DNA from: Octopus sinensis
Taxonomy: Eukaryota
Assembly (NCBI RefSeq): GCF_006345805.1
Contig: NC_042999.1
Coordinates: 117,490,001 to 117,554,000, forward strand
Reading direction: 5' to 3'
Length of the DNA: 64,000 bases
In this document: positions 1-12,800 of the stretch, one piece after another
How the letters are laid out: the number at the start of each line of letters is the position of its first letter
Position numbering within the stretch: position 1 is the stretch's first letter
Notes under the pieces: model-generated
The model's input: the letters and a program-made list of their open reading frames with translations, nothing else
Told to the model about the DNA's origin: nothing
Databases searched by the model: none
Program-made: the position numbers and the translations under genes

Positions 1-640
1 TCAACAGTTAAAAATGCGGACGACCTAATTGTGGTACATGCTCATACCTAACTGAAGACTCGGAATTCACATTCCAGCAAGGAGAAAAAATTTCAATTAA
101 GACCAACTTCTCATGTGCCTCCCAGAAACTAATTTATGTCCTAACCTGCTCAGGTTGCGGCCACAATCATGTGGGCCAAACGAACCTTACTTTGAGACGC
201 AGAGTTACACTGTATAAAGAACAGATTCGTTTTCCTCAATACAGGCAGATAGCTCTGAGCGAACATATTGACAGAAGCGCAAGAAATAAAACACTGAATT
301 TCCATATTTTCCTTTATACCAATATAAAAATTTAATCTCCTTACAAAGGAAACCTGTTCATGCAAAAGTACAGACCACACCTTAATATACAAACTCGACC
401 ACCTGATCCATACACACTCCTATTTCAAAATCAAATTTATTTATCACTATTCAATAATACTGAGGAGGTAGTTGTCCCCCTTGCCACCTATTGCCTCCAT
501 TTATCCACTCTCTCCATTCATTTTTACTTTTCAAGAAATCCCAAATGGCGTGATTCCTTTGCCTCAAGGAATGATTACTTCACAGTGAACCTTGAAAAGC
601 TAATTTGAATAGCGACAACCGGTTGGATATCAGTACATTT
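1..640 (+). mobile_element. Penelope-like element 3' fragment: Cys-rich linker plus GIY-YIG endonuclease, degenerate
   Basis: Manual translation from nt 12: KCGRPNCGTCSYL...FSCASQKLIYVLTCSGCGHNHVGQTNLTLRRRVTLYKEQI...LSEHI. Cys motif and IY-x-VGQT-x-R match the PLE GIY-YIG domain. Frameshifts present; HHR-like motif follows at 590-626. Confidence 0.85.
590..626 (+). ncRNA. Degenerate minimal hammerhead ribozyme motif in PLE 3' repeat
   Basis: CC-TTGAAAA-GCTA(atttgaa)TAGC-GACAAC-CG-GTT-GG. Stem II intact, palindromic AACCGGTT stem III, both core strands mutated. Confidence 0.45.
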
Positions 641-2689
641 TATAAGACAGTCCTCCAATTCCTTCCTTCTTTCTGCCGCCGAATTCAATGACGTTTTATT
701 ACGAACCACCACATCAAAATAAAGTCGAGCAACAATGACAGATCATGCAATAAATTGCAATATAAAAATCGTTCACTTGAAAGTTATGTTAAATGAACGA
801 TAAGAACGAAACAAGATATGAAATATAAATCACGAAATCCCAAACAAAAGGGTATAACATACAGTTAGAACTGCGCCTCCAAGACTTGCAAGGGAAGACA
901 AAACCGCCATTCATAAGTTACTACTGATATTCAGCTATAATCAGGTAATTCGGTGTGAAATCTTGCACTATGAAACACTAGAGCCAGGTACTGGTATTAA
1001 AATGGTCGATGGATCGTGAGTAGCACTGAAAAACAGATGTACACCATCCAAAAGTTTACAGTGGCTTTTCCCTCAAATTTAATTCACAAGATTTTGATCA
1101 ATCCTGCCTAGTTGTGATCGAACTCGCACCCACATAGCTATGCTTGCATCCATAAAAATCTGCTATGCTAAAAAGACTTAATCCCCTAACAAGACACAGA
1201 ACAATATTGTGATCGAACTGATACCTTCATTACTAGTAGTCGCTGTCTTCTAAAAGAATGGGAATATTTTCACAAATTCAATTAGTTACATGGAAAAAGT
1301 TTTGTGGTTAGACACATGAATATATTGCAGAAATGCTTTCAAGGAAATTTTATGAAGGTGGTATCCGTCATATTTTAGACAACAAGTTAAATTAATAAAA
1401 TGAAATTATTGCGCGATATTTGCTGAAGTCAGTGTCAGAAGTTTCTTAAGTTTCTAACAAGAGAATCGCTGTTGTCCTACGTGTCAACAGAATCAAATCA
1501 TAAAAATGTATTTAGACTAGTCAACTAGTAATGTAAAATTAATGCTCTGAATCAATAAGCTTTTAATTCTATAACAAATTTCGAAATTAAAGTGTTACTC
1601 TTGTCACGAACTGTTCGCCACACTCCCCTCTTTGCCCCTCTTTCCCCCCCTCTCTCTCTCCATATATGTCTCCATTATCTCTTTTTCTTTGTTATTTACT
1701 CTTACCTTAAGGAAAATAAAAACAAAGTACGATATATCTTGCATCAAATGAGCCAACCAAATGAGTCCTTTGTTGAAAATGTTATAGCAAAAAAAAAAAA
1801 TAACAGATGTCTGGCATTTGCCGTCTCATGAATTCTAAATGAACTAGAAACAAATCACGTAAAACTGTTTTACCGTTTAAGTGTTTAGTAAACTATCTCA
1901 GCAGTCAACCGTTAAAAAAAAAAACAGTCTCAGCCAATAAATTATATTAAATTAGGAAAATCTTAATGTATTTTCTCTTCTCGAGCTTAATTTACCTCAA
2001 ATTAATTTGAAAAGGTTATTAAGTAAAACATGTATGGATTCTAATATAAATGTTTGCTATGATTCGTTAGACCACATAAAGGAAGCGAAATTCATTTGCA
2101 TATGAAATTATCAGCCGGCATCATAGAATAAAGGACTCTCATGCGAGTCCGAGAACCATCTCGTTTACTTGTTTTAGGCTTAAAGGGAAGATAAGAATTC
2201 CCATGACACATCTTCCCCTTTCCTTTTCGGATCGTCTCCTTATATCACTGCTGTGCTTGTGGTAACCAATCAGACACAACGGTATCGGTCGAAATTTTTT
2301 TCTATATTTTGTTTCATCCCAGTGAATTTTTAATTTCATGTTTGTTAGAATCAATTTTAACATTGAAATCGCTAATGGCTACCTATAGAACCAGGAGTGC
2401 GGATCAATTAAATCAACTATATATTCTCCCTTGAAAATCGATATCTATTCATGCAGATATTGCTGTATAGTGAGGTTTCCACGAAGAGAGTCACGAATAT
2501 CTGATTTGTCAGGATGCCAGTATACCGACCGAAATGATTACGAACTATATCCTATCACACGGTAGCTTAAGTTTCTTAACTATAAATAAGTATATTGTGC
2601 GAGTACAGCACACAATTGCGATATAAAATATTCTAGATAACATGTTATTTCATAATCAACAGGCAATTTGTAAACTAAATCACGTAGAG

Positions 2690-3490
2690 CATATGTGTGT
2701 GTGGGTGTGTGTGCGCGCGTGCATGTGTGTGCGTATGTGTGTCTGGTGCATGGCCTCGGGAATCTGGTTTATACTCGTTCAGTTTTCTTTGGAGATACTG
2801 CATGCAAATTGATGGAATATGCTTGTATATATGGTGCATGTTTCTATGTGACTGGTGTGTGTTAATGCATATGCCACCGTTGTTTGTGCGTACGCATATT
2901 TGGTGTGCATCAGTATGTGTGTGAATGCGTATTTGTCTAGTGGATGTGTGAGAGTGTGTGATAGTGTGTATATATGTGTGCATGCGTGTGTGATGGTATG
3001 TGTATGTGAATTTGGTGGATGCGTGTGTTGGTGTGTGGGTATGATGGAGTCGAAGCCACCCACATGTAACAGCTAATCCGTAGGGATAACCAGATCTAGC
3101 ATGTGTGTATGTGTACCTAGCACGCGCACGTGTATGTGTGTGTATTTGTGTATCTGGTGTATGTATGTGTATGTGCGTGTATGCGTGTTTGGTGTGTGTG
3201 TGTATCTGGTGTGTGTATGGCATCTGACATCTGTGTATTACTACTACTACTACTACTACTGCTACTACTACTACTACTACTACTACTAGTACTACTACTA
3301 CTACTGCTACTGCTGCTGCTGCTGCTACTACTACTGCTGCTGCTGCTACTACTACTACTACTATTGCTGCTGCTTCTGCTACTACTACTATACTACTACT
3401 ACTACTACTACTACTGTATGCGTGTATATCTAGTGTGTATGTGTTTCCTGTATGAGTGAATGTGGTATGAATGTACATACATGTGTATGC
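2690..3490. repeat. Compound low-complexity tract: degenerate (TG)n then (CTA)n/(CTG)n
   Basis: Directly visible; explains the poly-V/L/Y and HT/CV ORFs at 2675-3508. Confidence 0.95.
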
Positions 3491-3762
3491 CGATAATACT
3501 CCATTCAATGTTTAGGGAGTCGTTCCGATGGCCGCGATGTGACCAGGTAAAGCAGGACAGTGAGGTGGAGTTTTCCCATAAAGAATTGATGTCGCTTATA
3601 TATCAATACCAGTATGTAAATCTGCATTGACAAATAGCGGCCCAGCACCTAAAAACTATTTTGGATTTCTATCATTCAATCTCTACAAACTTGACGAGCC
3701 TACGAAACTTAAGTTGTATGGAGCCGAGTCAAACCGTTATTAAATAACATATATTAAATAAT

Positions 3763-3802
<40 letters not shown>

Positions 3803-4428
3803 GCAGGCGTGACTTGTAGTAAGAGGCTTCCTTCGGAGCTACATGGCTCCGGGTTCAGTCTCACTGCATGGAAACTTGGGTAAGTGTCTTCTAGTATAGC
3901 CTCAGGCCGACCAAAACCTTGTGAGTGGATTTGGTTGACGGAAGCTGAAAGAAGCCCGTCGTATTATCTCCCCTTCTTCCTAGCTCTCCAGTCTGACCAC
4001 CTCTGTCCGGCATTCGCCATGATTTATCGCTAGTCAATAAACCATTTAAAACATTTTCTCTCTCTGTTTATTTCTGTGTTCCTTTCTGTTAAAGAGCGTA
4101 GGCTCGAAACGTAAAAGACTTTTTCACTTCCCGAGCGTTAAACTAATCTATCTGTTTGTTGTTTATACATGCGTCTTCATCTTTTGTTTTGTTTATTTTT
4201 TTTTTGTAAATTCCAACTATATATTTGTGTCTGTGTTTGTCCCCTTCCCATCACTCGACGACCGATGTTAGTGTGTTTATGCCCCCGTAACTTAGTGATT
4301 CGGCAAAAAGACCAATATAAGTACTAGGATTACAAAGAATAAATCCTGGGGTCGATTTGTTCAATTAAAGGCAATGCTTCAACATGGCCGCAGTCAAATG
4401 ACTGAAACAAGTAAAAGAATAAAAGAAT
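3803..4428 (+). mobile_element. tRNA-derived SINE (family A), split by a PLE terminal-repeat insertion
   Basis: Head with GGTTCAGTCTCAC B-box-like motif to GAAGCCCGTCGTA (3803-3964); body resumes at 4224 and ends AAAAGAATAAAAGAAT. Homologous to the minus-strand copy at 34300-34750. Confidence 0.85.
3965..4223 (+). mobile_element. Solo PLE terminal repeat with hammerhead-like motif (4081-4119)
   Basis: GAGCGTAGGCTCGAAACGT and the downstream tail are shared with the 3' end of the GIY-YIG element at 17004-18200. Confidence 0.75.
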
Positions 4429-5119
4429 ATCTATATAAATAGAAACATTATTGTTTCTAAATCTTTCAAAGAGAGATATTCAGTAACGTTGCAGTCTTGG
4501 ATGGGATGAATGTTACTGTTGTTTAGCCCCCGGAATCATTTCGAACAGGGATCTCAGAACCCTCATCCAGCACAAAGCAACATCTGTGTTTAATGTCCGT
4601 ACGTTGGCATCTTGTTGGTTTGTGTCGAAAAGCTGTTGTTTTGCGTACGACGAATCTGGTTGTCCACCGAATCTATAGTGATGATCGATGCGTCATCTGT
4701 CCTTTGCTAGGGAAGTGAGACAAATCTTTCTCTGCTTGATGGGTGTGGTGAAAGAGGTTGTGTGGTGGACCCGTCTGAAAGATTCGGAAACAGGTACTTT
4801 CCTGTCTGACTAAGCACTAAAAAATTCTTTCAGTATCATTTGAATGAATAAGTTGAGAAGTAGAGCGGCAGGTGTTATCTTATAGTATGTATCTCGAAAG
4901 GTGGACGAGAGTGGTAAGATCATTGAATTTGAATGGAACTATCCTTAGTATGGTCTACTAAGTAGGAGGAAAGAAACTGGATGAGGGCACTTTCGTTGCT
5001 CTAGAAACGTAAGTGTAATCCTGGGCATTGTATGTGGACTGTACCCTGTATTACCCCAAGCGGACTGTTTTTCATTCTTTGGTATTGCAGTCAACGCTTT
5101 GGGCAGCCAATATGTGAAA

Positions 5120-5120
5120 T

Positions 5121-5189
<69 letters not shown>

Positions 5190-5235
5190 AGTTGTTGCTG
5201 CTGCTGCTGCTATTGTTACTGCTACTGTTGCTGCT
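5120..5235. repeat. (CTA)n(CTG)n trinucleotide microsatellite
   Basis: Directly visible. Confidence 0.95.
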
Positions 5236-5837
5236 GGTGAGATTGGGGTTATACCTTTTTGATAACACTCGACACAGATGAGCAAGTTGCTCTTCTACAT
5301 CGCTAGCCAGCTGATAGCTTGCATGCAGCCATACATATAGCACGAGTGCGTGTATGCTTATTTCTTTATTGTCTTATAAGACCAATCTTTCATTCTTGGA
5401 TCTTTTGTGTGCCCACTGAACCTCTTCTCCTGCCACTGTCACGTATTTTTGCGCGAAACATTTTAGATAGCAGATTTACTCAGAGATTTATATGATCAGA
5501 ACACTATATATTTCCGGCTTGCTAAGTTAATTATTGTTCACCGATCGCATTTTCAGTGGTTTTAAAGAGAACGATGTATGAAGGTAACTTTAGAAGTAAA
5601 ATGGGGAAGGAGAGCACATTCTACAACTGGCCGAGGGTGCTGAATAATGTGTCACTGGAAGTGACCATAAGAAGTTTTTGTTTACGTGGTGACTGCTAAA
5701 TCTATACACTCTGGTGGCATAATATTGATATGAACTAATTATATTGATTATTTGATTTAGAAAACGACCACAGTATTGAGTAAACGAAGCTGGGTGATGG
5801 TTTGTTGCACAGAAATTGCGCTCCTTAGGATGCTGAA

Positions 5838-5889
<52 letters not shown>

Positions 5890-6057
5890 TGGGTAAGTTT
5901 GTGACGGAGTGACGTTCTGTTGAGGGGGAATTTTGGCCTACCGGTACAATCAGAATGTCCACATCATTCGAAAGCTATAAGAAAAGGAAGCGTGTCGTGA
6001 TCAACGGTGCATAACATCCGATAATTTGTTTGGTAATGTGATACATTACCAAACAAA

Positions 6058-6173
6058 TTACCTACCTACCTACCTACCTACCTACCTACCTACCTACCTA
6101 CCTACCTACCTACCTACCTACTTACCTACCTACCTACCTACCTACCTACCTACCTGCCTGCCTACCTACCTAC

Positions 6174-6245
<72 letters not shown>

Positions 6246-6255
6246 ATATATATAA
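6058..6255. repeat. (CTAC)n(CTAT)n tetranucleotide microsatellite
   Basis: Directly visible. Confidence 0.95.
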
Positions 6256-6440
6256 TACAAAATGAGAAAATGGAGAAATATATCTAAATCAATCATCAAC
6301 TATCAGATAATATCGAATCATATACTTTATTAAAACACTACACAATAGCAATGATATTATACATTAATACAGTACAATAATTACAATCAATATGGTGAAA
6401 TATAACTAAATAAATATAACAAGACATAAAAATACATTTA

Positions 6441-6567
6441 CATTGTAGCTAACAGCTGTTTCGGCCATGAAGACAGGTATGTCTCATTTAACCTATTAGC
6501 CATATAATGCAGGTATAAATGAGACATTAACAAGAATATCTTACGGCCTCTTCAGAGATTCTAATGC
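6441..6567 (-). ncRNA. Type I hammerhead ribozyme motif with extended stem II (PLE terminal repeat)
   Basis: Minus strand: CTGAAGA (rc 6549-6555), GGCC...GGCC stem II with inner ATGTCTCATTTA/TAAATGAGACAT helix, GAAAC, palindrome AACAGCTGTT (6451-6460). Stem I only partly paired. Confidence 0.7.
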
Positions 6568-7765
6568 AAGTATGAGTACAAATCCTAAATAATTTACATA
6601 TAAATATAAATATGAGTGCATACATACTCATATTCTTACATATATATATATATACACAATAATACAATATAAACAATATACATCAATATACATCAACAAA
6701 CACAATAATGTTCCATATTGAACTCCACAGCTCCTCAACCAACATCAAGAAACCACAACAGACACACTCACACTCAATGCAGGCATATATATTAAACAGT
6801 TCAATATAATAAAATGCGTCACTTCACAAAAAGCCAATAAAGTTAATACCACCACCATAGTACCATCCAAGGCAAGTGGATATCTGCATATATATGCAAT
6901 CAATTGAATTCCTCTGTTTGCATGGTATTAATTTTCACAGATGCATTCGATTGGCCTATACTTTTAAATTTGAATTACAATAGATATTTTACGGTTAGTT
7001 AGCTAGGAAACATACACACGCGCACGCACATCCACAAAACGTGCGCACATACAGACTTAGTCATATGTTTACACACGCACACACACCCACACACATACAC
7101 ACATACACACAGACATACCCACATACACAACCAAAACATAAATAAATAAATAACATAATAGGTACTATCCCAACTATACACTAAGTGTTTACAAACAGAT
7201 CCACTCACATATGTCCATAAATCCGTAAATGCAATCATACATATAATTATACCTAGATGGAGAGTGTAATTTGTCATAAGGTACATAATTCATGTGACAC
7301 CGTATTTTTCGTAAACAAAATATTTTAGAACTAAAAATGTCCGCATCATTACCGCTATGTTTCATTCAAATATTTACTAAATTATAAAATATAGAATACC
7401 CGTTTATGTTTGTCTATCAAAAGACATAAAAATACATATATACTAAGTTAACAGAGGTTTATAATAATTAAATTATAAGAAATTAATTGTAAAAAGTCAA
7501 AATACGCTAATATTCTAAGATATATAATCAAAATAACTCCTTATAACTTATACAGATAACTCCACTACGTAAGAAGTCTAGTATTATTACATTACTATTA
7601 TATTCCTATTTAAACCCTCACCAACGAACTAATAGAATTATACTCACATCTACATATCCATATGTATACTCATGTGTAACAACAAACATATATATACACT
7701 ATATATTTTCACATATGATGTGTATGTAAACATTCATAGTACTTATATATATATATATTTTTAAG

Positions 7766-7877
7766 TATCAGTGGACACATAAATACATCTATAATAATTA
7801 ACAGGATTTAGCATTAAATAATATCAGTGGACGTATAAATACATATATAGTAATTAACAGTACTTACCAATAAATAG
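7766..7877. repeat. Two imperfect tandem copies of a 56-bp unit
   Basis: TATCAGTGGAC...AAATACAT...TAATTAACAG starts at 7766 and 7822. Confidence 0.8.
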
Positions 7878-9602
7878 TATATAAGTAAATAATTATAAAT
7901 TAAATTAATTATAAGTTAATAATTGTTATTACTTAAAATTAAAATGTAATAAAATAAAATAAGATGAAATAATTAAAAATAAAAATGAAAATATAAGTAA
8001 AAACATGTATACATATATATATATTTTAATAAATATATATATATCTGTCTGTCTGTTTGACTGTCTGTCTGTCTGTCTGTCTAACTGTCTGTCTTACTGA
8101 CTGGCAACTGTCCTCGTAATTTCTGCCAACAAGTTCCGCCCACAGTCTAATTGTTAAATCAAAGCAATGACAAAAGCTTCTTGCCGAAATTGTCACGCAG
8201 TGGACGAGAAGACAGAACAACGCGGTTGGAAGGTGAGTTATTATTATTTTTTTTACTAAGCAACCATAACAGTGCCTATATGAACACAAGACAGTAAAAA
8301 AAGAATACGAATTATAGATAGAGTTTCATTCATTTTGTTAGTAAATCCACCCACACACATTTGCTATGCAAAGAATAAAGCTAAAATTAAACAAACTTAT
8401 TCAAATATTTCTGAAAACCGATCAAATTTAAATCGATATTTATTTCCTACGTATAATACCAATTGTTGCATGAAACTCATAATTAGTTTTCGCAATATCA
8501 CTTTCCTTTTCACAATTTAAAAGGGACAATGAAATATTGTCAGTCTGAGTCTGATATACTCAAATTGTCTGTATCAAACTATTTGGAATACAATCGTTTT
8601 GCGTTTGACTCTGGGGAAAGTTGGCTGCAACTATATTTCTTTTATCAACAAATAATTATCTGCATTCAGAGTCATTAATTTTTAAATACTAGATGTTTTT
8701 TTCTGTCTGTGATATCAGCTTTCCAGTAGGGAAATAAAATAATGATGCAAAACTATATATCTCCTTTTATAAAAAAAAATTCATTTACCCACGTTGACAT
8801 AAACATACTAAAGAACAGACACAGACGTTAATATATCTATTTACAGTAAATGTGACATAAAAGCAAACGTAAGTTTTCCGAGTGAAGGATTTCTTGGAGA
8901 TATTTAGACTCAAAAGAGTTTGTGAATCTTTGAGCAATTTTCTTTTCTAAACAGTAGACGTAGACAAAATACAAGGAAAAAAACACAAATAGTTCCTTAT
9001 TTTGCATTCGAAACCATATCTAGTAATTCGTTATGTAAATATTAAAATACTTATAATTTACATATGAGCAGCAGATTACAAGTCAAATTTACTTTTCTCA
9101 TATATTGGTTTGATTTGTCATATTTGAGAATTAATTTTGCTGCAAATAGGACTCTCTGTCTTATTAAATTTAAGCAGGGTTAAGAGGAATTTCAAGAAAA
9201 AACACCTGGATACCAATAAGTTGTGAATCTTATAAAATCCGCTGCGAGATTTTATTAGAAAGAAACACGACCTTCTGTATCAAATTAATACATAATTGAT
9301 TCAAATGGGAAAATATAATCTAGCCTTCAGTAAAACTTAATAATACAGAGCTGTACACATCAATATTGGATATCATTAGAAACCCATGTTACTAGAATTC
9401 AGCCCAAACTATTCTAAAATTTTTACATCATCACAAAATGATAAAATCATTTGCTATCAAACTGAATATTAATCCATATCAAAATATTATTGTTGCTTGA
9501 GTGTGTGCATCGCTTATCAACTTAATGCCAGGATGATCAGATTAGTTATTATAACCCCCAGTCGCCTCTGTCACACGATTACCTTAACGGTTAACATCTC
9601 TT

Positions 9603-9707
9603 TTATTATAGCCCGAGGCTTTATTAGAAGACACCCAAGCTGCTAGAACTAGTGGAACTGAACCCGAAACCATGTGATTGGGAAGCAAACTTCTGACCAC
9701 CAAGCCC
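9603..9707 (-). mobile_element. SINE family A, 5' fragment
   Basis: ACTGAACCCGAAACCATGTGATTGGGAAGCAAACTTC matches the reverse complement of the family A head. Confidence 0.7.
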
Positions 9708-10344
9708 CTTGATGGTCATTTAGTAGGACCGTACTTATCTGACAATGTTTTCAGCGTCATTTTATTTCATCATGAAAAGAGTACCTAAAATTAAACCTAG
9801 ATTAACTAGGTCTGCCCTATCTATTAAGCATCTGGTTAAATCTGTTGTTATTCCGGATGCAAATTAGTTGGAAAACTTTCTTTCAAGCGTTCATGGTTTT
9901 GCAATTCTGGTCAATATCCATAAACGCCAGCTCCCTAGTTTTGATATTATATTGATGTCCACTGACAGGAAGGTAAGATGTATTCAAATCAGCATCTAAG
10001 GATTAGCTTGGATCTTTTTAGAGACATGCATGAAAATAGTTGCACGTATGGCTAAGAATACGTGATGTTGCAATGAAAATGTACACCTCAAATTTAACCG
10101 ACATTAACTGAAACCTGGTATTAAAAGTTCTAAAACCTTAGAAGGATAACTTAGCTATCTTCTGTGTGAGCAAAATGAAAAGCAAAAAGTGTTCCCCCCC
10201 AAAAAGTTTGGTGTCATAGTTTCCATGGAAAACATAGTTATAAGAACTTGTTCGAAATATTAAACGCGAAGTTGGTGAACATTTTGTGTTAACAAAATAA
10301 TGATAGCGAGAACTTTAAAACACTATGTATATTTTATTTTCTGT

Positions 10345-10626
10345 TTTCTACCTGTTTCAGTCATAAGACTGCAGCCATGCTGGGGCAACACCTTGAAAAT
10401 TTTTAATCGAAAGAATCGATCCCAGTACTCACGTTCTTTTAAAAGCTGTTACTTATTCTATCGATCTCTTTTGCCGGATCTCAAAACACATCAATACTAG
10501 TTGTCAAGTGGTGGTGGTGGGACAAACACCCCACCTCACACGCACACACTTGCACAAGGTGCCACACAATGTGACTGAACTCGTAACAATGTGGTTTGGA
10601 AGCAAACCTCTTGTTACATAGCCACA
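10345..10626 (-). mobile_element. SINE family A, internally deleted copy
   Basis: TGTTTCAGTCAT...GCCATGCTGGGGCA 3' end and CAAGGTGCCACAC...ACTGAACTC head, as in 34300-34750. Confidence 0.75.
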
Positions 10627-11447
10627 TGAAGGCCATTTAGTATTAATAGAACCCTACTCATCTGTATCATTTTATTTTAATACGGGAAGAAAAGTCGAAA
10701 ACAAGAAAAGAAAAAAGGACTATATCAATAAGTTCTGCAGAGAACAAAATAAACACTTAATCGTTTAAAAAAAAACATCGTACATTTTGTTGGGCAAATG
10801 AAATATAATGAGAAGATGTGAATAAATTTACGGTCCCTAACATCTGAACAAGTATAAGAACCAAAAGGCAAAAGCATGTATGAATAATTTGAATTCAGTT
10901 TAAAATAATAATTTTTTGCATAGATTTTCCACATTCATAAAGGCATGAATGTCACGTATTTGTATTAAATACTATCCCAAGGTTCATTAATTAGGATTAT
11001 TTTTATATAAAAGTTTGTCATTGATATCAGCCATTTCAGTTCCCGTCTTTGAAGTGTGCAACTAACTTTCCATATCTAATAACAGACAGACAGGTATTGC
11101 AGCAAAAAGCATTAAGCTGAACAATACAAAATACAAAACAAAAGGGATTCCCTATATTCGACGCCATTTAAAAGCAGCAGTAACTGTAGTTTTCCGGTTA
11201 TTAGTCAGAAATCCATCTATTAAACCATAATAGATGAAAATGAGATGTAATTTTCGACCTTATAATATCGAATTGCTATCTTTACTAAAAATATTGGGTT
11301 TCATGAAGTCAATCTAAACATTCCTCTAATTCATTATCCATTTCCATACCACTGATTTAATTTCAATAAGCAATAATGATGAATAATGGGAGGGGGGATT
11401 TTAAACAGAAACGGTAACATGTTCCTCTAATGTTATATAAACGTGCG

Positions 11448-11481
<34 letters not shown>

Positions 11482-11579
11482 CTTTACCCCCCTCTTTTAA
11501 CCAACCCCCCTCTTTTTATCCCCAAAAGAAAAGCTCTACTTTGTAATTTGTCCCGTCTGTGTGCAGTCCTGTGTGGCTA

Positions 11580-11590
11580 ATAAAGAAACA

Positions 11591-11629
<39 letters not shown>

Positions 11630-11862
11630 CTACCTACCTACCTACCTACCTACCTACCTACCTACCTCTCTCTCTCTGTCTCTCTCTCTCTATCTATCTA
11701 TCTGTCTGTCTGTCTGTCTGTCTGTCTTTCTGTCTATCTGTCTGTCTGTCTGTCAGTTTGGCTATCTGTATACAGCGACAGAGAAAGAGAAAGAGAGAAA
11801 GAGAGAGAGAGAGAGAGAGCGAGAGCGAGAAAGCGAGAGAGAAAGAGAAAGAGAGAGAGAGC
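11580..11862. repeat. Compound microsatellite (CT)n/(CTAT)n/(CTAC)n/(CTGT)n/(GA)n
   Basis: Directly visible. Confidence 0.95.
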
Positions 11863-12581
11863 CAGTCATCATCCAAGCACGGCTATGGCTTATTAACCTC
11901 TACGATGCTTTCACTAATTGTTTTAGGTGCCCATGTATGTCTGCATGCAAGTATAATAGGATGTATTACTTTCGATGTCACTGTTGGTATGCTATGGATG
12001 AAAGCTTGAAATCTGAATCTCAATTCGTATTTCATAATGTTAATTTATAATAATCAGATCAAAGCAGCTGATCTTCCTCTTGAAATATATTTTACGTCCT
12101 TCTAAAATTATAAATTACTAAATTATATAGACGGCAGATTTAGAAGAGCTCTGTACAAAGTAGCCTTTGTTATCTTACCCTTTGATTTGGGGATTAGGAT
12201 CTCGTTCATGTTACCTTCCTATTTCGTCCCCCCAGAGATTCTAATATGAAGACTAAAATACTGAATTTAATATCACCTACTCCGTTACCCTAAAATCACT
12301 ATAAATCAGTGTTCTTATACCTAAGTTACAATTACTTTTATATAATTGATTGTGTGTTAGAGAGCAGGAGGCAAGTCACGGGCAAATCATGTCTACAACT
12401 AATTTTCGATTCTTGTTTACCTGTATTGCTTTTCTAAAACGACTAAGGTGTTATAATGTTCAATTTCTCCTCCTGTGTTAATCTGTGGTCCAGTTTAAAA
12501 ACAACAAAAATTCCTGTTAACTGAGTCATAAACAAGGAAGAGACCCAGTTTCGATTATCAGCTGGCATTATTTTAACTTAC

Positions 12582-12800
12582 GAAGGCGGTATCAGGCAGA
12601 ATCGTTACCGTTCCGGACAAAATTTTTAGCGGTATATCGTCCGTCTTTACGTTCTGAGTTCATAATTCTGTCGAGGCCAACTTTGCCTTTCATTCTTTCA
12701 GGGTCTATAAAATAAGTACCAGTCAAGTACATGAGGCGATGTAAGGGACCAGCTACCTACCCAAAATTTCAGACCTTGTACCTGTAGAAGAAAGGATTAT
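12582..12800 (+). mobile_element. tRNA-derived SINE (family B)
   Basis: GTTCTGAGTTCA...CTTTGCCTTTCAT...ATAAAATAAGTACCAG core shared with 43891-44107 and 53941-54366. Confidence 0.75.

Noticed and set aside
2094-2272. Octamer ATTTGCAT and a CCAAT box suggesting a promoter
   Set aside because: Short motifs expected by chance in AT-rich DNA; no linked exon.
2675-3508. Long ORFs (277 aa and overlaps) and similar ORFs at 4945, 11559, 15301, 18147, 34343, 59573 and 61197
   Set aside because: They are translations of microsatellites with no domain content.
5829-5892. AG...GTAAGT-bounded 64-nt exon candidate
   Set aside because: Mostly (CA)n; no coding support.
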